Shown here piece after piece: positions 1 to 12,000 of a DNA stretch of 64,000 nucleotides. Made by a program: the position numbers and the translations under genes. Where the stretch lies: assembly GCA_964453165.1 (NCBI GenBank), contig CAYVNX010000001.1:27284-91283 (forward strand), read 5' to 3'. The notes below the pieces were generated by a model. It was not told the DNA's origin. It saw only the letters and a list, made by a program, of their open reading frames with translations, and made no database searches. Within the stretch, counting starts at the first letter, position 1. Each line of letters opens with the position of its first letter. The DNA comes from an uncultured Candidatus Kuenenia sp. Its GTDB lineage: Bacteria; Planctomycetota; Planctomycetia; Pirellulales; UBA1268.

Positions 1-3000
1 CATCCGTCACGGCGGCGTTCACGACCGCCACGGTGGCCGAGATCCTCTCGGCGACGGTCACGGCCGGCGGGTCGGTGACGGTCGCCGCCACCGATTCCCC
101 CGAGGTCACCTCGGATGCCGGGGCCGGCAGCCTCGCCGTGGGCTACGGTTCGTCGGCCGCGGCGGCCCTCGCCGCGGGGGTGATCCTGGCCGAGACGACG
201 TTCGCAAACACGGTCGCCGCCCGGATCGGCGTGGTGGCCGGGAGCAGCGTGCTGCCGCGCGTCGTCGCCCAGGGTTCGGGGAGCGTGAACGTGCTCGCCC
301 ACTCGGCTGCGACGGTCACCTCGACCTCGGTCGCGGTCGCCTTCTCGGCGTCGTTCTCACCCTCGTTTCTGGCAGCGGCCGCGGCGGTCGCCTATGCGGG
401 GGCCAAGGCCTCGTCGATGAGCGCGATCACCGCCGAGATCGGCGGAGGAACCGTCAGCGGCGCCGACGTGAGCGTGGCGGCCAGCACCGGCCACACCATC
501 ACCAACACGGTCGGCGTGGGGGCCGGCGTGCTCTCCGTGGTGGGCGGCTCGACGGGCTGGTCGACCGCCGAGGCGACCGTGGCCGACACCGTGATTGCCC
601 GGATCGGGGCGGCGGCGGTGACCGCCCGGACCGGCGACGTCGCCGTCGCGGCCCGCTCCGGCAACGTGCTCTCGACTCGGAGTGTCGCCACGTCGCTGGC
701 GCTCGCGATCGGGGGGGGCGGCACGGCCGGCCATGCCAGCTCGAAGGACACCTCGACGGTCACCGCCGAGATCGGCACGAGCGCGACCCTCGCCGCGCTG
801 ACGGGCACGGTCCGCGTCACGGTCGGTGGCCTGCCCGGCACGGCCGGCCATGGCAGTGTGACGGCCGTCTCCGACGGCGGCAGTGGCGGATTGATCACGG
901 TCGGCCGCGTCGAGGCCACGGCCGAGCACGCGCAGACGCGGCGTGCGACCGTTCGCGATGGCGTGAATCTCGCCCAGGTCGGCGGACTTACGGTCGAGGC
1001 GGGATCGAGGCCGAGCGTGAAGGCCCACTCCTTCGCCGTGGACATCGGCGGCATCATGGTGCAGGTGAACACGAGCCAGGCCACGGTCGGCGGCAGTGCG
1101 CGGGCCATGATCGGCAGCGATGCCATGCTCGCTGGCACCGTGCTCGTCTCGGCCGAAGGCGGTGCGACCTTCGACGTGCTGCAGGACGGCGGCGCGGGCG
1201 GGATCGTGGGGGCCGGCGACAACGACGCCAAGGCGACGACGCGGATGGCGGTCGAGGCGGCCCTCGGCGACCGGGCGCTGGCCGCTTCCGGCCGGCGGGT
1301 CGAGCGGCTTGCGGTGACGGCCCGCCACGCCGATGTTTCGACCGTGGCGGCCGAGAACGGCACGGTCGTGGGCGCGGGCGTCGCCCAGGTGTCGGCCGCG
1401 ATCACCGATCTGACGAGCACGAAGGCGACGCTCGGCCGGGTGGGCTCGGCCGACGGCCGCACGCCGCTCGAGGTCGGCATGCTGGAAGTGACGGCATCGC
1501 GTTCGCACGACTACGCCGCGACGGCCGACTCGTGGTTCGGCGCCCTCTTCGGCGGGTCGGTTCCCGCCGCGACCTTCACCACCAAGGACGCCGACGGCGT
1601 GACCGCCGACGCCCGGGCGGTCGTGGCCGCGGGCGCGAGCGTCTCGGCTTCGGGCACCGTGACGCTCGGCTCGGCGCACGCGATCCGGCGGGTCACGAGC
1701 GGCTACTCGGCCAGGGTGCGGGGAGGCGGCCTGGTGTCGGAGGCTGGTGACGCCTTGACCGGCGGCAGCACGGTCACGATCGATGCGGGGTCTCGGGTGG
1801 TGATCGGTGACGATGCCCGGATCGTGTCCGGCACCGGACCGGCCTCCCCCGGCGGCATCGCGATCCTGCCCACGGCGCATGTCGAGATCCGGGACTCGGT
1901 CGGCACCTGGAGCGGCGGGGCGTTTTCGTTCGGCTCGCTCGCCGCCCGGGTCACGACCGTGATGACCACGAGTGTGGAGGCCGGCCGCGACGTCACGCTC
2001 GACACCCGCGGCACGCTCGACATCGGCACGGCCTCGAACGTGGCGACGACGGCGCGGGTGCAGGGCGCCTCGAGCGGCGCGACCGCCAGCGTGAACTTCG
2101 ACGCCACCGCCGACACGAGCCTCACCCAGACCGTGGCCTTCGGGCCGAACGCGGCCCTCGCGGCCGACGGGGCGATGCGGATCACGGCCGGCGAAGACCC
2201 GGCCGGTCGTGCGGCGCGGGGCGTGGTGGTCGATGCGGTGGTCGATGGCGAGACCAACGGCGCCGTCACCTTCATCACCGTCGTCGCCAAGGCCAAGCTC
2301 ACGAACACGAGCACCGTGTCGTTCGGCACAGGCGCGGTGGCCAGCAGTGGCGGCGACATGCGGATCGTCGCCGAGACCGGCCGACCGACGGTCACGCGGG
2401 ACGGCGCCGTCACGTATCACGACATCCAGGGCTTCTTCGAGAATCTCTTCGGCGGAGAAAACGTCAAGCGGTACGACCCGGCCGCCGAGGAGACGAACAC
2501 CTCGAAGGTGACCCTCGCCGGCCGGTTCGCGGCCGGCGGCCAGGGCACCGTGTCGCTCACGATTCCGGCAACGTTCGCCTCGGGGACCCTCGCCGGCACC
2601 ACCGGCACGGGACTCGTATCAGCGGCGACGGCGAGTTTCGACGATGCGTTCGACCCGCAGGCTTTCGTGAGGGCGAACTTCGGCGATTCGGCCGATTTGC
2701 TCGCTGCCGCGGTTCCAGCGACAGGCAAGGCGGTGCGGATCAGCCCGATCGTGGCGGGCGGGGGCAGCCTGACGGTCCGCGGCGACGTGCTCGAGGGGCA
2801 GGCGACGCTCGGGGGCAGCCGGGCCCACGTGGCGATTCGGAACGAGAGTCCCCACCATCTGCTCCTCGACACCCTCCAGATCGCCGCGGCCACGGGCGGG
2901 GCGGTGCGGCTGGAGCGGACGTCGGGGGCCGAGGTTGCCGCCCCCGCGGGCTGGGGCCTCACCCGCGACGCCACCAGCCCGACGATCACGATCGACCAGA

Positions 3001-6000
3001 CCTGGGCGGAGCCGCTGGCTGGCAGTGTCTACGGGCCGGCCGTGTTCCTCACGAAGGCCGCCGGCAACCCGCGGGGGGACATCGAGATCACGAACGCCCG
3101 CGGGTCGCTCGGTGTGATCGGCACGATTGCGGCCAGGAGCTTCGACGCCCACGTGCCCAACGGGGCGATGGTGATCTACGTGAAGGGGGCCGTGCACGCC
3201 GCAGGTCCGCCGGCGACCAGCCAGCCGGCCGCGGAGCTGGCCGCAAGCGACGCGGCGCTTGCGGGCGATGCGCTCACGCTGGTCCGGAACTACGGGCCGT
3301 TTTACCGCAACCGCGACCTCACCGAGACCGAGACCCTCACGGCGGCGAGCACGGCGAGTCCGACCGGCGGCACCGCTATCGACGCCCAGCAGGTGGCGAT
3401 CTTCGCCGACACGATCAACGTCAACGGCGAGATGCTGATCGGCACGGCCGCGACGGCCGATCGGAGCGTGACCGTGCCGCTGGGCCTCCAGGCCGAACTC
3501 GAGACGTACCGGGCCGAGTTTCAGGCCGGCCGGAAGTCCGATCCGCTCTACCGTATCCCGGCAGAGAAGCTCGGGGCGAAGGCCGCAGGCGATGTGAAGC
3601 TCGGCGTGACCTTCGACGCCCGCACTGGCGAACTTCTGGTCGATCCTGCCGACATCGCCGCCGGCACGCGGCTGTCGCTCGTCGGCAAGATCATCAACAC
3701 GAACGCGAGCGGCGGAGCGATCCGGGTGCGGACCGACGGCGGTGGCGTGACGATCGAGAACCTGACTACGCTGCCGCTGGTGACCCAGGCGATCTCGACC
3801 CCCGGTACCGGTTTTTCGACGACCGTGCAGATCGTCGACATGCTGCAGCCGGAGGCGACCCGGCAGACTGTCTACCAGTCGCAGGACGGCGATCTGCGCG
3901 TCCGCGTGGGGCGGGCGACGGATGATCTGCTGGAGGCGGCGGCCGGAGACGTGCTGGCCGATACGTCGGCCACGGTGTACCGCCCGGTGGCCAACGCCCG
4001 GTGGACCTCGACCCGCCAGAGGTCGATCTGGTTCGGCTTTGGGTATCCGATCGGTGATTCCGGCTGGTCGTATGGCGCTGAGAACGACATCACAACGGGC
4101 CAGGTCGAGGTCCGCCCTGCCGACCCGGCGGTCACCCGCTCGATCACAATGCAGTATGCCTTCGAGCCCGATCGGGCCGACTACACCGTCACCGACTCGG
4201 TGCGGGCCGACCATCCGATCGCCGTGTCATTCAGCGGCGCGGCGTCGGCGGGTGTGACGATCACGTCGAGCGGCGGCGTCGTCCTCCGCGATGCGATCGA
4301 GTCCACGAGCGTGAAGGTTTGGGCCGGCGGCGGGATCGGCACGGTGCCGGGCGGCGGCGAAATCACCGCCGACTCCGTGAATCTGCTGGGCGTCAGCCTC
4401 GGGACCGAAGACCGGCCACTGCCAATCGCGACCGACACGCTCCGGGCCCAGGCGTGGACGGGCGGCGTCTGGCTCGCCGTGAATCGGGAGGATCCTGCCC
4501 GCCCCGTCACGCTCGACACCGTGGCCACGTATGCGGGCGGCCCGGTGCGAATCGTCGCCGGCGGCGACGTGCGGGCCGGCCAAAGCTCATTCGTCCTTGG
4601 CGGCGGCAGGATCGCCCTCGTGTCGGAGCAGGGGAGCCTGGGCACCGCCACGGCGCCGCTCACGACTCGGGTCACGCCGCTCGCGGCGACGGCCTCCCTG
4701 CCGCCGCTCCGCCTCGATGCGACGGCCGCGGGAAACATCAGCCTGTCCCACGTCGACGGCAGCGACACGCCGGCCGCCGACGACCTGCTCGTCGGCACGG
4801 TCACGGCGACGGCCGGCGACGTGGTCGTGCGGGCCGTGGGCAGTCTCTACGACGCCCACACCTGGACGGTCGATCCCGACCGGCAGGCCAAGGTCGAGAA
4901 AGCGGTCCACGACCTGGGGCTTGCGGATATCGACGCGGTGGTCGCCGAGGGTGTGGCGGCCTTCCAGGCGGTCGTGAAGTCGCGCTACATGCAGTACCAC
5001 GCGCTGCTGGCCGACGGGGTCGTGTTCAACGGTCGGCTCCAGCTGCGGGCCGACGCCTTCGACCGCTGGGCGACTCGCGCGGCCATCGCGCTCGAATTGC
5101 CCGCCGGCGTGATGCCGACCAACCAGGAAGTGCTCGACCACGCCGCCGCGACCCACCTGGAGGCCGTCGGCTATTTCATGCGGCTGATCGGGCCCGACTG
5201 GAACTCGCTCCCCGCGTTCCGGTCGTTCGACCCCGCGTGGGTGTATCAACCCTCGGCGGCGCAGGTCGAGCAGGTGAGAGGGGATCTCGGCCTCGATGCG
5301 ATCTCGCTGCTGCGGCAGGTGGGCGTGGACATGGGCCAGGCGACGCGGCCCTGGGATCCCGCCGTCCGGGTCGGTGGCGCGGTGAACGTCCGCGGCACAA
5401 ACGTCACGCTCGTCTCGGCAGCGGGGACGGTGGGTCGCACGTCGCCGCCGGTCACGATTCGGCGGGATGACGTGCTGTACGACCGTCTCACGCCCGAGCA
5501 GGTTTTCGAAATGGAACTCGCGGGCCAAAGGGGCGATGCGACGAAGGTCGCCGCCGGTTTCGAGTTCCGCGTTCTCCGCCCGCTCGTGGTCGCCGTCACC
5601 GGTCGCCTTGACGCGGAGGGCCTGCGGGGCGTCGCCGCCGCTCAACCCACCGGCACGCTCCGGATCGGCCGCGTCGCCGCTGCCGCGGGCACGGTGGGTA
5701 TCGCGGCCCAGGACAGCATCGAAAATGCCGCCGGCGGCACCGGGATCAACACGCACGCGGTCGATCCCGTGGCCGTCACCACGACGCTCTTTTCCCGGAC
5801 CGGGTCGATCGGCTCGGCCGAGTCGCCGATCACCGTGACTGGCGGTGCGGTGACGGCCGGCGTGCTCGCCGCCGACGGCACGGTCCACGTCGCGTCGCCG
5901 TTCGCCGTGATCCCCGAAGCCCCGCCGAAGCCGCAGCCCGGGGCCCCGGGCGAGCCGCAGCCGCCGCGGACGCAGCAGCTCGACAGGCTCGACGCCCGGG

Positions 6001-9000
6001 CGGGTGACACCCTGACCGTGATGCTCGGTGGCACCACGCCCGGCGACGGCACGGGCAAGCACGACCAGCTCGTCGTCACGGGGCCCGCGGTGCTCGACGG
6101 CACGATCGCCGTGAGGCTCTCGCCCGGCTATGTTCCCCAGCCCGGCGACCGGTTCACGGTCCTCACCTACCAGAGCGTGGTGGGCCGGTTCACCGCCGGC
6201 GACGGCCTGTTCGGGCTGTCGGGCAGCCTCTGGTTCGAGGTCGAGCAGACCGGCGACGCCACCACGCCGGGCGCCGTTACGCTCGTGGCCCGCAGCCTGT
6301 TCGTGCCCGGCATCAATGCCGCGATCGACTTCGCCGACGGGATCGTGGACGCGGCGGCGGTTCGCAGGGACATCGGGCGGTTTCTCAACGGGGGTTACTT
6401 CGGCTTCGATCTGGAGGTCTCGTTCTCGGGCGGATTCACCTACCGGGAGCTCGAGATCGAGGGCGCGGTCACCCTGCGGTACGACCGCAACCCCGGCCGC
6501 ACGAACTTTATCGAGGCTTCGGTCGCCGGCCGGACCGCGGTCGGTGAGACGGTGGAGCTCGTGGGCGACTTCCTCGTGTCGATCGGCCTGGCCGAGGGCA
6601 CGGTCACGAGCCTGGCGGTCCTCGGCCAGAACATCGATCTCGACGTCGCCGTCGGCGGCGTCACGCTCGGGGCCAGGAGCGGCAGGGTCGGGTTGCTCGC
6701 CAGCGACGCGGGCGTGGCCTTCGAGGCCTCGGCCGGCATCCGTGCCACTCTGACGAGCGACGTGTCGCTCTACGCGAGCGAAATCTTCGTATCGTTCAAC
6801 GCCACCGACGTGGACTACACCCGGCAGATGTTCGCGCTCGGGGAAGTCACCTACACCTTCGGCGACCTCGCCGCCGACACCTTCCGCGTCGGGGTGACGG
6901 GAGGCGAACTGATCGCGGGCGGCGCGGTGAGGGCGTCGGGCAACTTCGCGCTCGAGGGCCGCTCGCAGCAGGTCGCGCTCGCCGACGGCGCGCTCGTGAC
7001 CGCCGACCTGTTGACGATCGGTGGCGCGCGGCTCGGAGGATTCCTGGGCACGGCCGCCGGCACGTCGGCGGCGACCGGCGTCTCGATCGTGGACGCACAT
7101 GTCGCCGCCGCGATCGTGACGGAGCGGGGCGGCGCCGGCCGCCGGTGGCTCACGCTCGAAGGCCGCGGGGAGGCGGCGAGCCTCGTCGGTTTCGGTGGCG
7201 TGTCGGGAAGCCTCACCGATACGGCGGTCACGCTCAACCTGCCGGCCAGTGACGGCAGCCTCGTCGATTACCGCCCGGGGGCCACCGTGCTCACGATCGA
7301 CACCGGTCTGCCGCCCGGCGTCACGTTCTCGGCCGACGGCACGCGGGGCCGCATCATCCGGGCCTCCGGCACGGCCGCGCTGGCGATCGACGGAGCGGTC
7401 ACCGTGACCGGCACCGTCGGCATCAGCATCGAAGGCACGAGTGTCGTCGCGGTCGGCAGCGGGATTCGGGGCCGGCTCGGGGCCGCGACCGCCGCCACCT
7501 TCCTCGAGGTCGAGAACGGTTCGTTCGGCCTGCTCGCCACCGGCCGCGAGACCGCCTTCGAACTGCAGGGCGGGCTCTCGGCGGCGCTCGCGGGCTTCGC
7601 CACGGTCGGCGCCGACCGCGTCTTCGCCCAGTACACCTCGGCCCAGACCTCGATCGCGGCGGGACGGAGGCTCGACACCGGCACCGCGGCCTACACCTTC
7701 GCCGAGGCGATCGCCTCGGGCACGACGCTCTTCGCCGTCGAGGGCTTCACGGCGACGGTGGCGGACTTCGTGTCGCTCTCGGGCAACGTCGGCTTCCGGA
7801 GCGACGGCGACGGGTTCATCGCCGTCGGGGCGGGCATGGAAGCGACCCTGGCGGGCGGCGATCTCGCCAACCTGTCGGTGAGCGACGGCACCTTCGGGCT
7901 CCGCGTGGATGCGACCGGCACGGCCTTTGAACTCACAGCCCAAGACTTTGCCTTCCAGATCGCGAACCTGCCGGCAGCCAGGGCCGACACGGTGTTTCTC
8001 CGCTACACGTCCGCGAACGAGACCGTCGCGCAGCAAGACACGCTTTCCGTCGGCGGCATCGACTACGTGTTCCGCGAGGCGATCGCACCAGACACCGTCG
8101 CCTTCTCCTTCACCGGTTTCGAGACCGCCGTGAGCGACGTGCTGTCGGTCAGTGGCGACCTCGGGTTTGCCCGCGTCGGCAGCGACCTGATCGCGGTCGG
8201 GGAGAACCTCGACGCCTCGCTCGCCGCGGGGCCGGTGCGGGTCACGGCCACCGACGGAGCCTTCGGCCTGGTCGTGAGCGGCTCCGGCGTCGCCTTCGAA
8301 CTGCAGGGCGGCTTCGACGCGGCGATCGCGGGGCTGTTCGGTGCGTCGGCCGAACGGACGGTGGTGCAGTACGCCTCAGCCGGCGCATCGATCACTGCGG
8401 GACGGCGGCTGGCCATCGGCGCTGCCGGCTACACCTTCTCGACCGCGATCGCGGCCGGCACGGTCGGCTTCTCCGTCGAGGGCTTTCGGGCGAGTGCCAG
8501 CGGCTTCACCCCGATCTCCGGCAGCCTCGGCTTCGCCGTCGCGGGGCAGGATCTCGTCGCCGTGGGCGCGCAGATGTCGGCCGGCTATCTCGATCCGGTG
8601 CATGGCGGCATCCTGCATGAGGAGGGCCGCTTCGGCCTGGTCTCCAACGCCTCTGGCACCGCGTTCGAACTCGGAGCTGGCCGGCTGCGGATCAAAGTCG
8701 CCGACCTGTCGGACGTCCGTTCGGGCTCGACCTTCACGCAGTTCTCCACCGCCGGCATCACGATCGGCACCGGCCGCACCGTCGCGGCGGGAGGCCTCGA
8801 GTACACGTTCGACCGCGGGATCCATCCCGGCACCACGGTGTTTTCGGTGACCGGATTCTTGGCCACGGTCAAGGACTTCGTGTCGCTCGCCGGCGACGTG
8901 GGCTTCAGTCTCGTGGATGGCCGCATCCTGGCGGTGGGGGAGAGCGTCGCGGCCACGCTCGCCGCCGGGCCGGCCAGCCTGACCGCCCGTGGCCGGCTCG

Positions 9001-12000
9001 GCCTGCGGGTCGTAGACGACGCGGTGACGCTCGAGCTCACCGGCACGAGTCTGGCCGGCAGTCTGCCTTCGATCGGGGCGGTGGCTGCCGAGCGGGTGTT
9101 CGTGCAGTACGTCTCGCCGCTCGCGTCGGTCGCCGCCGGTGAGACCTTCCGCGTCGGCCAGGCGACCTACACCTTCGCCAAGGCGATCTCACCAGGCACG
9201 GTGGCCTTCGATCTGGAGGGTTTCTCGGCCGACCTCTTCGGTGTGCTCTCCGTCGGCGGCGACATCGGATTCGCGTATCGGCCGAAGGAGCTGCTGATCT
9301 CGGCCTACGCGACCGACGTCAATGCCCGGTTCGCGATCGGTGACGACGTCGAGGCGAGCCTCGCGCATGCCTCCTTCGATATTCGCTTCGGTTCGCAACT
9401 GCTCTTCGCCCTGCAGGGCGAGGCTCGTGTGAAGATCAAGGACATGATCGACGAGACCGTCGCGGTGCGGATCCAGCCCGACTACACCACGCTCACGCTC
9501 GACGACGAGTTCCGCAGCCAGGTGGACGCCGCGGTGATGTCGTTCGGCGCCGCGCTCCCCGACCTCCTCTTCGGTCCCACGGTGAACACGGGGGCTCCGA
9601 TGGTCGGCCTCCAATTGCAAGGGGCCGCATTCGGATTCGCCGTCGCCACCGCCCTGGACAGCGACCGCTTCTGGGTGGCGGCGGAGGCGCGGGCGACCGC
9701 CGGCCGTTTCCTGGGGGCTTTGGGCCTCGGTGAGGCGACGATCTCCGATGCCACGGTGCTCTTCAACACCACCACGGTGATCGGGGGCGACGGCCAGTCG
9801 GTGGATTGGTCGGCGACGCCCGTGACGATCGTTCCCGTGCCCCTCGGGCAGGCGGCCGCCGCCGACCCGATCACGTTCGACATGCGTGGGCCGACGCTCG
9901 CAGCCCGGGGCGACATCGAACTCGAGTTCGAGTACGGGGCCCGCGGGCCAACCGTGGCGGGCGGGTTCTCGCTGGAGTCGTCGCGTCGCGACGTGACGCT
10001 CGTCGGGGGCGACACGGTTGACGTGACGATGCTCGCGCTCGGCGTCCACGACGCCAGCGGCTGGTTCGACTTCTCGACCCCGAGCCTCCGCCGGGGCATC
10101 GAAGTCGACGGCGTCGATCTCGCGTTCGGGCTGTTCCAGGAGCGGGCACCCGCGGCCGGCCAGACGGCCCGCCAGTGGTCGCTGCTCGACGCGTCGGTCG
10201 GCGCGGCTGCGGTCGTCGGCGTCGAAGGCGTGACGCTCGCCGCCCGCGACGTGTCGATGGGCTACATCCATCTACCTGCCGATGGCTCCTCGATCGACAC
10301 CTCCACGCCGATCGCTTACGACGAAGACCTCGCCTTCTCGATGACGGCCGACCGGCTGCGGCCGGGGGCCCGCAGCCTGTTCGCCTTCGCAGGTGATTTC
10401 GACGTCGATGTCAGGGGCGTCGTGCAATTCCAAGACGCCGTCGACATCCAAGTCGAGCTCGACACCCTCGAGGTCTACGATCCGGCCACCCGCGGGCACA
10501 CAACTGAAGACGTGGTCACGCTCACCTTTGCGGCTCTCGATCAGGACCTCTTCGCCGGCAGGCAGTTCGAGGACCGGCGGGTCGGGCTGGAGCTGCCCGA
10601 CGTTGACGTTGCCGCGATGATCGCCTTCGGGCCGCAGACCGGCTCGCTCTGGGTGGCGGTGGACGCCGGCACGACCGGCGCGTCGGTCGTGGGCATTCCG
10701 CATGTGTCGCTCGCGGCCGAAGCGATCGATCTCCGCATCAATACGGCCGACTACCGCGGCCGCACGATCGACTTTGCGCGGAAGCCGCTCGAGGTGCCGA
10801 CGGGCCTGGCGATCCGGGCGGGCGATGCGTCGGGCTCGATTTGGGGCGACGGCCAGAGCACCCTGATCACCATCGACGGCACCCGGGGCGATGAACTCGG
10901 CGTGGTCGAGATCGCCGCTGCGGTCCTCGAAGTGGACGACTTCCTCTACGCCCGCGGCGACTACGCCTTCCGGATCGGCCGGCACACCGACGGGCTCGTG
11001 GTCACCGGGCTCGAGCCGGGCGGGGCTTCCACCGCGCTCGACGGGCCGTTTGCCGTGCTGTCGCTGGCGGCGACCGACGTCGACGTGTTCGCGGGGTATC
11101 GCGGGCCCGACTCCGCCGGCACCTCGCCCTTCACCGACACGGGGGTCCGCGAGGGCGCCATCGGCATCTTTGCCCGCGACGTCGATCTCGGCTACGCCGT
11201 GTTCACCGATGTTCAGCACGTCTTCGACTCGCTGAAAGTCAACCTGCCGGCGGCCGGTCTGGTGGGCCTTGAAGACATGGTCTCCGCCCTGCCGACCGAC
11301 GCCGCGGATGCCACGCGGGACTGGCTGCGGGAGAACGGCCTGGCGGAGGGCATCACCGCGTCGCTGACGGATGTGACCATCATCCGCAACGGCGGCCTGA
11401 GGTTCGTGGGAGCTCAGGTGGCACCGCTGCTGGCCGCGATCGACTTCCAGGCGAGTTTCCCGGGCGGCCAAGGCCTGCCGGCCGGCTACACGCTCGCCAC
11501 GCCGGGCGGATCGATCCTGCTCGACACGGCCGACGCAGTGCAGACGGTGGGGGCCAGCGTGGGCAACGCCACGCTCATGGTCAACGGCTTCCTGGAGGTC
11601 TCCGGTTCGCTGGCCTTTACGGTCGGCGGGAGAATCGGCGGGGCGAAGGCCGATCCCGGCGTCGTGGGGCTGATCCCGGGCGTCGCCGCGACCGGCATGA
11701 CCCACGATCTGTATTCGATCGAGATCGGGGGCAGCGGTCTCCGGGGCTTCGCCGGAGTGACGGTGCCCGCCATCAGGGGCGTGCCAGGGTTCGAGACGCC
11801 CGTCAGGATCGGCTACGAGATCGAAGACGCCACGTTCGGCTTCGCGATCATGCCGTCGCTGAGCGTGAGCGGGATCACCGTTCCCGGTCTCCCCGCGGTG
11901 TTGCCGACGTACATCGCGGGCAAGGTAACGGCGGGGGCCGCGCGGGCCGTCGGCTTGGAGAGCTGGCTTGGTCGTCTCCCTGGCGTGCTCCATCCCTCCT

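Noticed and set aside
4587-8036. Very long antisense/alternative-frame ORFs inside the giant gene. Examples: 4587..8036 minus, 1149 aa; 10272..12083 minus; 15492..17612 minus; 2619..4214 minus.
   Set aside because: Their translations are dominated by Arg/Pro/Gly/Asp runs with no motifs. Such stop-free alternative frames are expected in very GC-rich DNA opposite a genuine GC3-biased gene. The plus-frame product has coherent domains.
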